A model generated the notes under the pieces. That model saw only the letters and a program-made list of their open reading frames with translations. It made no database searches and was not told the origin of the DNA. This document shows positions 15,001 through 24,585 of a stretch of DNA of 64,000 bases, piece after piece (within the stretch, counting starts at the first letter, position 1; every line of letters starts with the position of its first letter). Source of the DNA: Lytechinus pictus (Eukaryota); contig NC_087251.1 in NCBI RefSeq assembly GCF_037042905.1, positions 13,580,001-13,644,000 on the forward strand, given 5' to 3'. The translations under genes and the position numbers were made by a program.

Positions 15001-17077
15001 GGTGTAGTGAAGAAGTCAATATACTGTACATCTAGAGGGAGTGAATAACTTGATGATTGAATGAATAAATCTGTAGATGAAATTGATGGAGAAATAAATG
15101 AATGATGGAAAGATTATTATTGAAACAAATGAACTGATGAATTAATGATGAATTAACAAGTGAACAGAGGAGGAATGAATAATTGAATGAATTAAAGAAT
15201 TAATGAATTAACAAATGAGCAGGATGAATGAATGAAAGAGAATTGGTTTATTGATGGAAGGTTAAACAAGTTAGATAAATTAGTAAGTGAATGTATGGAA
15301 TGATTAATAACGATGAAAGAATGATTTTGAAATATGAAACAATTTGGATGAATAAATTAGTAAATTGTTTGACGGATTGATTATTAGATAAGGTATAAGG
15401 TGATCAAAAGAAAGGAGTTGGATTTAATCAATTCAATGGAAAAAGTCATTTAATGAATGTTTTGATTTCTCATGATTAGTTTTTAGTTGCCTTTTGAGGA
15501 CAAAAAGTGATACAAATGTTCTAAAGCTGACATAAGTCTTATGATGAAGCGAAATAAATAATCATTTTTGAGAAATTTTTAAAATTATTTTCCTTGTAGG
15601 TTTCCTAACAGCTGTACAACAGAACCATGCAAGAAGGGAGGGTGTGTCAGTGGACTCGTTGACCTTTGACTTCCGCATCATGACAACTAATGATGACACG
15701 GAGGAGAGTTTGAGTAACGTCAAACAAGATGTTAACATTCGTGAATCAGCCTTCAAGGTACACCAAAAATAAAGTTGAACATACCTGATATTTTGTGTTA
15801 AGTTGTGGAGTCGTTGTATGAACATGGTTTCCTTGAATTATGAATCTAGTGATCAAATCAATCATGGCTATGTACATTTATTTACTTACAAGAAATTAGT
15901 TGCTCCTTCCTGTTGAATTACCATTTGCTGCAGGAACGGGATGATGCCTGTATGATGCCTAGGACACGATTGTTACAAGTTTGCACATATGTAAAATTGA
16001 ATTCAGCAATCACTATAAAGTTTCTCCATCACCTGTTTACTCAAGAAGCTAGTATATTGATATAATGCTTAAGTAACATATATGAAACAATACCCAGTAT
16101 CAATGGTGCAATGAGACAATAAGGATTGAAAGAAATATCAGATTTTTTTATATTATTGTCCCCTAGGATTATTTCAGTGTGTAATATTTAATACGTTGTG
16201 TTGTTCTTTTATACAGGGTTCCAATCCACCGTCTGATGGTGTACTAGTATTTGGTTTGTTCCTGGATGGGGCACGTTTTGATCCCTTCAATCACACCATC
16301 AAGGATTCTAGACCAGAAGAGAGGTTCTGCAGACTCCCGGAGGTCCACTTCATCCCAACCCAGGTCTGACATCTTGTACAATTTTTTTTAAAAAGATTTA
16401 TTAAACTGAATAGAATTTATTATTTCTGATGCACAACAAAAAGGGGCAAGAAAATTACTTTATCTTTATGGTATTACATTTGTTTAAAGGAGGATGAAAA
16501 CTTGCAAAATGATTATTGTTAGGAAAAGAGAGGATTGAGAAAAACAATAATAATTATAATAAAAATGATTCCATCATAATCAGTTTAAAAAATAGTAAGT
16601 CTTTAAATTTTGGATTAGTCTTAATATAATTTCTATCCTCAAAATGGCATTGCAACTTCAAAATAGTAGGTTTTGTATTACTACTCAATGTGTTTTGTAC
16701 ACAAAATTTTAGAATTTCTCCTTGGCAATAAAAGAAGAAAAAGAAGCCAGGTTTTTCCTTGAATGGTCGAATAATTCATTACAAGTTTTTAATCCTATAC
16801 ATTATCCATACAGATACCACCAGAGGGAATGATACCACCCACCCCATCCACATCAGCCCCCACACCCACCCCACCCCAGTCAGCCACTTCATCTGTGAGA
16901 CGCAGGAACTACCCTGTCTATGAATGCCCTCTATACCGTACCTCTGCTAGGTCAGGTACTCTCTCCTCTACCGGTCTTTCTACCAATTTTGTGACCTCCA
17001 TTGACCTCCCCACCGAGCAGTCACCTGATTTCTGGATCAGAAGGGGTGTGGCACTGCTTTGTCAGCTGGATGATTAA
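1..17077 (+). CDS. DNAH14: Axonemal dynein heavy chain, 3' part (stalk coiled coil 2, AAA5, AAA6, C-terminal domain); DNAH14-like, 5' end outside window
   Basis: 25 GT-AG exons with consistent phases: 1-42, 618-713, 1624-1764, 2130-2345, 2669-2787, 3165-3276, 3631-3752, 4204-4333, 4612-4726, 5180-5316, 5818-6185, 6452-6620, 6900-7257, 7502-7750, 8039-8249, 8881-8983, 9504-9731, 10086-10283, 10948-11141, 11921-12141, 14200-14420, 14756-14978, 15600-15757, 16217-16363, 16814-17077 (TAA). Motifs: [117 protein letters not shown] and LAASFMPRL resemble recalled DNAH14 more than DNAH6. Dynein identity is certain; the paralog is less so. Confidence 0.9.
785..1336 (+). mobile_element. Internally deleted Helentron-type non-autonomous element (HINE) in a dynein intron
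   Basis: 5' end ttttGTCTTGCCTGCATAGC and 3' end ATGCAGGCGAGAC..GCCAGAGGC..CCACCTGtttt, with degenerate ~160-bp units between; same family as 18259..19215. Confidence 0.75.
10295..10595. repeat. CT-rich low-complexity intronic tract
   Basis: Pyrimidine-rich degenerate (CT)n/(CTTT)n sequence directly after dynein exon 10086-10283. Confidence 0.8.
12195..12480. repeat. Imperfect (GAT/GAG)n trinucleotide microsatellite
   Basis: Long run of gatgatgat/gaggat in the intron after exon 11921-12141. Confidence 0.9.
13228..13382. mobile_element. Decayed hAT-like MITE
   Basis: Inverted termini GATGCCAACT ... AGTTGGCATC(CCTA); no clear TSD. Confidence 0.35.
15040..15360. repeat. Degenerate (GAAT)n-like purine-rich repeat
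   Basis: Repeated gaatgaat/gaattaa motifs in a dynein intron. Confidence 0.6.
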
Positions 17078-17927
17078 AGCAAAATACATGGTATATTTAT
17101 TAACTACTGAACTAATACCGAATTTTGTAATTACATGGGTTTACAAAGGGACCTTTGTTCCCAGTAGGCAATGAACTAAAATATGGAATAGTATGATGGG
17201 GGAAGTCATACTTGATAATCCAGCTATGCATGAACATACACTTGATTTCTGAATAAGAATAGACATGGCTCTTGTGCATCAGTCAGATGTTAATACTAGT
17301 TGACATATTGTACAGGTGTCTCATGTAGATTTCTATTGTTAAACTCTAGAGCATGCAAGTCGTATGGGTCCCTGTACCATTTGTTCAAACAGTAGATCCT
17401 CAGAGATTGTAATCCTTGGGTTGCAGTTGAGTCAAAATGGGTTGAGTTTAGGCATGTACAGTATTCATTTAATCCAGGAATGATGAGATTAGTCATCAAA
17501 CCTTAGTAATCAGACAAGAGAAAAAATCATGGCTGCCATAATGCTGTATTCAATGAGAAAGCATTCACGTGGCATGATAGCTATCTTTTTGAAGATGGAA
17601 TACTCAAGGACTTCCACATGGCATCACTCTCATCCAGAGTGACACACATCATTCAAGGTATCTTCTTCTCAACAAGGAGAATCTACATTGTTTTTATTTG
17701 TGTTATATTAATCCAGAGTGAATAACCAGTATGATGTGATTTCCCACCAAATATGACTCTTGAGTTGGTGCTTGACCTTGAATTACCAAAAAGATTATTC
17801 TCTTTTGTCGGTTGAAGAAAACTGTTGTTATTCATGTATCATTTCAGGTGCAATTTTTCAATTTTGACTTGTTTTTTCCAAATTAATTGATGCTACCTTT
17901 GTATCAAACAGAATATAATTTGTAAAT

Positions 17928-17933
17928 AATAAA
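17928..17933 (+). promoter_or_regulatory. Candidate dynein polyadenylation signal
   Basis: AATAAA about 850 nt after the stop, followed ~30 nt later by GT/T-rich cgttgtttttttt. Confidence 0.45.
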
Positions 17934-18258
17934 TTATTGCATTGTATAAAGAAACCCTTTAATAACGTTGTTTTTTTAAAACAGAAGTTAGAATAGATTT
18001 GTTCTTATTCTATTATTCCTCTTTAAGACTAAGAATTCTTTTACTTCTATTTTGGTTATTATTTTTGTACACTATTAATTCAATATTCTGTTTATATAAT
18101 TCAACTGTATGCAACTTTTATTGGTTTCAAAAGATTTTGATAACCTTATATAAAACTTGATGGGGTATAGTCAAGCCTGTCGCACAATGAATCACACAAG
18201 CTTATGTATAGGACATTTTTTTAAACTGCAATATATAAATGAGTATGTTGGGGTTTTT

Positions 18259-19215
18259 GTCTCACCTGCATAGCAGAGTGAGACTATAGGCGCCGCTTTT
18301 CCGACGGCGGCGACGGCGACGGCGGCGGCGTCAACACCAAATCTTAACCTGAGGTTAAGTTTTTGAAATGACAGCATAACTTAGAAAGTATATGGACCTA
18401 GTTCATGAAACTTGGCCATAAGGTTAATCAAGTATTACTGAACATCCTGCCTGAGTTTCATGTCACATGACCAAGGTCAAAGGTCATTTAGGGTCAATGA
18501 ACTTAGGCCATGTTGGGGGAATCAACATCAAAATCTTAACCTAAGGTTAAGTTTTTGAAATTTCATCATAACTTAGAAAATATATGGACCTAGTTCATGA
18601 AACTTATACATAAGGTTAATCAAGTATCACTGAACATCCTGCATGAGTTTCACATCACATGACCAAGGTCAAAGGTCATTTAGGGTCAATGAACTTTGGC
18701 CGAATTGGGGGTATCTGTTGAATTACCATCATAACTTTGAAAGTTTATGGATCTGATTCATGAAACTTGGACATAATAGTAATCAAGTATTACTGAACAT
18801 CCTGTGCAAGTTTCAGGTCACATGATCAAGGTCAAAGGTCATTTAGGGTCAATGAACTTTGGCCAAATTGGGGTATTTGTTGAATTACAGCCATAAATTT
18901 GAAAGTGTGTTGGTCTAGTTCATAAAACTTGGACATAATAGTAATCAAGTATCACTGAACATCCTGTGCGAGTTTCAGGTCACATGATCAAGGTCAAAGG
19001 TCATGTAAGGTCAAAGAACTTTGGCCACGTTGGGGGTATTTGTTGAATTGCCATCATATCTCTATAAGTGTATTGGTCTAGTTCATAAAACGTGGAAATA
19101 AGAGTAACCAAGTATCACTGAACATCTTGTGCGAGGTATAGTAGTTTTCAAAATCAGCACTGCTGCTATATTGAATCGCGTGATGCAGGTGAGACGGCCA
19201 GAGGCATTCCACTTG
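18259..19215 (+). mobile_element. Full-length Helentron-type non-autonomous element (HINE; DINE-1/Tsp/pearl-like architecture)
   Basis: Inserted in a T-run with no TSD. 13-bp subterminal inverted repeats GTCTCACCTGCAT / ATGCAGGTGAGAC; 5' stem-loop GTCTCAC-CTGC-ata-GCAG-a-GTGAGAC; (GGC/GAC)n microsatellite; central tandem units with periods 192, 163 and 162 bp; short 3' palindrome GCCagaGGC. Near-identical copy at 47365..48319. Confidence 0.85.
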
Positions 19216-19392
19216 TTTGTAATATAAATCACAAACATCAAAACTGCAAAACTACATAAAGTACTGAAATTTATGGATCACTTTATTCCTGCTTGTTTCC
19301 AATGGGGCGAACATGTTTTGAAACTAACACACCTGCATGGGTGCCATTTCATAAAGCTGTTGCATCGCTACATATGATTTTGTGAACAACTG

Positions 19393-21392
19393 GGGCGGTA
19401 TTCTGAAAACGTTCTTATCTTAATTTTGTTCTTATCTACGTCACGTTCTCAAATTGGTATTCTGAAAACGTTCTTATCTTTTTCTTATCTTTTGTTCTTA
19501 TCTTTTTCTTATCTTGCTTTCCATCGATGCTGAGCGCGTAAATTTATAATTCGCGCATATGATACAAAAGCGCGCTAAAAGATAAGAACAAAATAAAGAT
19601 AAGTGGTATTCTGAAAACGTTCTTATCTTTTTTCTTTCTTATCTCTTTTCGATATTTATGATAATATTTAAGATAGCTAGAGGGTTATCACATCTTACGC
19701 TGTCCGCCTTCTTTCTTGCTAAAAATCGATGGCCACTGGTAGTAATAAGTATTCCTCCCAACCTTTCTTTCATTCACCCTTTATTTTGCCTGTCTCTTTT
19801 TTCTATCCCTTTTTTCTTTCTTTCTTTTTTTTCTTTATTTCTTTCTTTCGTCCTTCCTTTCGTTCTGTCTTTCTTTATTTCATTTAGGCCTATTTCTTTT
19901 CGCTTTTTCTTTTCTATCTGTTTGTCTTTTTTCATTTCTTTCATTCTTCATTTTGTTTTATTTTTTTGAATCTTTGAACTTCTTCCTTATTTTTCTTTTG
20001 CGTTATTTTATTTATTCTTTCTTTTTCTTTTTTTAATTGAATTTATTTCCGTTAAAAACCAATAACATAAATACATATGAAATGATACATGTGAATTGAT
20101 AAATGAAAAACGGGAGGATGGCCTAGCTCAGCAGCATCAATCATGGTGCTGCTGGTCTACCGAGGTGTCCTTCCTTTTTTATTTTCCCTTTTTCGATTTT
20201 TTCCTTTTTTTCTTTACTAAGTTTTTTTTTCTTTCCCATTTTCTCTCTTTCTTTCTGTTTTTCTTTTCCTTTCTTCCTTCACTTTATTTATTTTTTGTAC
20301 TCTTTTTATTTCTTCATTTTTTAGGGTAAATTATATTTTATTTTTTTCTTTATTCTTTCCATTGATCTTTCTTCGTTTTTTTTCATTCATTCTTCATTTT
20401 TCCTGCCTTGTTATTTTCCTTCTTTTTCTTTCCTTCTTTGAATTTACCTTTCTTTTTATCTTTATTTAGTTTTCAATTTTGCTTTACTTTTCCTTTCATC
20501 TTTTATCTTCCCTCTCTTATCTCTTTCTTTCTCTCCCTCTCTTTCTTTATTTCTTTGTTTCATTTTCCCCTTTTCTCTCTTCCGTCACTTTTTACATATT
20601 TTTATTCCTTCCTTTTTTTGCTTTCTTTCATTCGTTTCTTCTAACTTTTTTTGGTTCTTTATTCCTTCATTTTATCCTTTTTAATCTTTTTATTTTGTAC
20701 TTTTTCGTTTTTTCCCTTTTCCTTCTTTATTTTTCCTTCAATGTTTTATTCCTCTTTTTATCATTGATTATCATTCTATCTATTCCTCCTTTTTCTTTCT
20801 TGTATTCTTTCCTTTTTTTATTTCTTTTCATTTTTAAAAATTTTCTTTTAAGTTCCTTTTGCTTGCTTTCTTTCGTTTACCTTTTCTTTCTTTCATTGTT
20901 TTCTGCATTGATCCTTTTATTTTTTAAATTTCTGTTTCATTCTGACCCTTTTCTGTCTTCTTACTTACCTATTTACTTTATTTTTCTTTCTTCCTGTTTT
21001 ATTCTTATTCGTAACTGCTTTCTTTACCTTTTTTCTTTAATTTCTTTCTTTCTTTATTTTGTGCACATGTCTCGAAATAATAATCACTCATTGCGTATAA
21101 AATGCCTATTTCGCGCAGTGCGCAAGAAACAGTGCACGCGCAGCGCCCATGATATTCTCTTCACATAAGGAACGCTTTTATTGGTTAAACTGCCAATATA
21201 AAGCGCATTTTGATTGGTAATATTTAAAAAATGGGCGTGTTGAAGATAAGAAGGAGGCAGTCCTTACAGAGATAAGAACGCGTTAAGAAGATTTTCAGAA
21301 TACCGATTTGCAATGATTTTAGCGTCTTCTTATCTCATTGAGATAAGAACAAAGATAAGAACAAAGATAAGAACGTTTTCAGAATACCACCC
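19393..21392. mobile_element. Non-autonomous PIF/Harbinger-type element (2.0 kb)
   Basis: TIR GGGCGGTATTCTGAAAACGTTCTTATCT / AGATAAGAACGTTTTCAGAATACCACCC (1 mismatch); 3-bp TSD CTG (19390-19392, 21393-21395); subterminal TIR-like repeats; ~1.3-kb polypyrimidine interior. Confidence 0.85.
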
Positions 21393-21713
21393 CTGGAGTA
21401 TTAAGTGCCAAAATGTGAAGGGTTTTTTCATGAGAAATGAGCAAACCATGCCTGTATTTGAAATAATTAGGTTTGAATAAAGGCAAAAATATACACACTC
21501 ACTTGAAAAAAAAATTGATTTTCCACATCTATTACCATAGTGTTTCTGCATAGCCAGGTCATTCACATTTGAGATCGGACATTAAGCCAAGTGGCCCAAG
21601 TTTAGACGAACTGACTATCTATAAGAAATATGAATGTAACAGTCGCAAGGTTTTCCAGTGAATAGTTCAGTTTAATTCTTTTTGCGCAAGAACCATTTTC
21701 TCTTTTATGTTAA

Positions 21714-22305
21714 AGGGGAATCCAACCCAAATAAAAACTTGTTTTTATAAGGAAATTAAAAATTAGACAAGTTGATAGGTGAAAGTTTGAACAATATTGC
21801 ACAAACAACAAGAAAGTTATGAATTTTTAAATGTTGTAAATATTGGTAATCACTATACCCATGGAGACTTCAAATTGGTCGCATATGGGATGTAGTGATG
21901 TAAGGCAAGGACTACTCTTCCATGTACTCCAATACATATTATGGCTTAAATGTCAGTTTTACAAAAAGTTTTATTTCAAATTATATTTTTCTTTCATGAG
22001 GACATAAAACAATATACTACCTGGGTTATATTTAGATAACTGCCCCAGGGAAATGGGTACTTAAGAGAAAACCACAAATCCCTGATAATAAAGTACATGG
22101 CCTATTGGAAAGTTGTCCTTGCCCCTTGTCATAATTTACTTACCCAGTTGCCAATTTGAAATCTACATAGTATTAGTGATCTCAATTTTAAAGCAGCTAT
22201 AACTTTCTTATTGCTTGTCCGATTTCTTTCAAACTTTCACCATTATGTTTAATTTATTTTTCTCCTTCCCAACACAACATTTTATGGCCAAGGCTGGATT
22301 CACCT
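21714..22305. mobile_element. Kolobok-type MITE
   Basis: TTAA TSD (21710-21713, 22306-22309); termini AGGGGAATCCAACC / GGCTGGATTCACCT; subterminal inverted repeat gaaagtttga..aagaaagttat / ataactttctt..tcaaactttc. Confidence 0.75.
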
Positions 22306-23979
22306 TTAATATGTTTATGGCTATGATTGTGTCAATTTGTTTATTTCCTTGGACATGTAGTGCATTTAGTCAAAATTCATCACGATTTGCACATTGAAAA
22401 TATTATCATTATTATTTGACTAAAAATATATCTGTGTATTTCAACTTAAGCTATATAAGTAATTGAGACACACAGTTTGCTTGCCATATATCAGTTGTTC
22501 GTGAGGTTGTAAAAAAAATTACAAACAGCTTTACGAAACAGCCACCTGTTTGATAGTTTACGATGATGTCTAGATGTTTGTTTTATGTCAACAAACTTTA
22601 ATAATTGAATGTAAGAGACTGAAGGAGTTATCTTGCAATTTGTTAATGAAACAAAGCCACTCAGTATTTAGACTGATTAGTAAACAATGGGGTCATACTG
22701 AACTTTGTCAGTAAGTTTGTTCCCTATGAGTGTAAACATCAGATTAAAAAGTGTATTTGCATAGCAAAAGATAATGTTATTATCAATTTGATATAGTGCA
22801 TTATTATAGTATGTATAGTTGATATTAAGATATATATGTAGCATTTATTAGTTGTACGTTCATTGACATTTGCTTTCTATTATTTAGCATATATTTTTAT
22901 TTGTTGAGGTGCATGTAAAGAAAACGTTGGGAGTTATCAACTTACGGGGGGGGGGGGGAGGTAAATATGATACTGTAGCATTTAAGTATTCATGGTTTTT
23001 TAATATGTTGGTAAAATTGATCTTGTTATTTGTTTTGAAGAGTGTGTGGCCTTCTTTGGTTTCATAAAACTAACATTCCAACCATTACATTTATTATATC
23101 CATGTGTCATTTATATATTAAGAAAAAAATTAATTTATCTGTTTATCAATATCATCTGTTTTTTCCAACTCTTTGTTGGACATTTGAAAAGCCTTTTTTT
23201 TTTTTTGTTAGCCATCCTTTCTTTAGCATCGAAAAAAGTTAAGAAATAGGCCTTTGTGTGTGTAAAATTAACAATTTTATTGATGAGTAGATATATACTT
23301 GAAAATTAGAATCTAAACTATGATTTTGTGTATTATGTGAAATCTGGTCTTGCTATTTATGATATAAAACTATGTGTCGCACATATGTTGACAAAATGAA
23401 GAGGAATTATTAAGATTATATCATGTGTGTAATAAGTTTTAGATTTGAGATACTTTTAAAAATATCATTTTAAGTAATATATGTATATAAAGTAAACCCT
23501 CTACATGAATTTTACAAGCCGTCCAACATGAATTAATACCTTTCCAATGAAATATCTTATGCAAATGGCAATAAATGAATGTAAGATAAAACAATAATAA
23601 TTTTATTTTCACTTTCAACATATTTGCACTTATAGAGGTCTTTCAAAACCAATACAATTACCCACACTACCGTCCTTTTTAATCTATATTTACTATCACC
23701 TTGTATTTTTGTACAGTATTAGATGTATGATATTGTTGTAAAAATGTAAATATTGAATATTTCCGTAAAACTAAATTAAATGAAGAGATGATATTAAAAT
23801 GAAAATTTTCCAGAGTACTTTATATTTGTCTTTGAAGAAGTTTGTGTGGGTACCTAGATGTAAGAGATGATATTTCTGCTTTGAATAATAAATCATAATA
23901 TTCAGCTCATGAGATTTTGGTCTGATATACATTTTTTTGTTGCTGCTGCATCTTCAGATGGCAACTTATACATTGGTTA

Positions 23980-24180
23980 CCAGAGATGAGGGAAAGTGTG
24001 AGTGTGTTTGAGGAAGAGAGGGAGAGAAAGAGAGAAAGAGGGAGGGGGGGGGGGAAGTGAGGAGGGCAAGGGGAGAGAAAGAGAGATTACATGTAGGAAA
24101 ATGTAAGTAATAGTCACTAAGCGGGTCTGATAGAGTGAAGAAGAGGGAAAGTATGTGCAAGAGAGATGGGGAGGGGGAGG
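23980..24180. repeat. GA-rich low-complexity tract
   Basis: Purine-rich gagagaaag/gggggag runs. Confidence 0.6.
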
Positions 24181-24585
24181 TCTCTAGAGCCTCTTGGAAT
24201 CATCAATGATTTTCTAACAAAATTTACATGCATGAAGAAAAACAACCTAAATACAGAAAAAAATCTAAACTTACTACATATCTGAAATAAATGCTATTCT
24301 TCATTCAGTACTTGAATTCAAATTGACACAAAGTGTTGATATACATACATGTATATTATGTGCATTAAAATAACAATTGAAAATAAACTCATACATAAAT
24401 TTGAAGCAAAGTGGCCAAGAAGTTAAATCACAAAGTAAAAAAACAAAAAGAATTGCGTGAAATTATACTGTGTTACCATTAAACAAATCACCATCATCAA
24501 GGCCATTCTTTTCTTTATTCATATATAATTGCCTGTATGAAAATGTAATACTTCCAGAAAGTCACATTAATAGGGCACAAGCATG

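Noticed and set aside
19658..21168. Phe/Leu/Ser-rich 'membrane protein' ORFs up to 229 aa
   Set aside because: Artefacts of a stop-poor polypyrimidine tract inside a transposon; the same applies to ORFs at 10286-10605 and 46200-46544.
22550..24580. Possible gene or ncRNA between dynein and the LINE
   Set aside because: AT-rich with no convincing exon or structure; an extended UTR cannot be supported from sequence alone.
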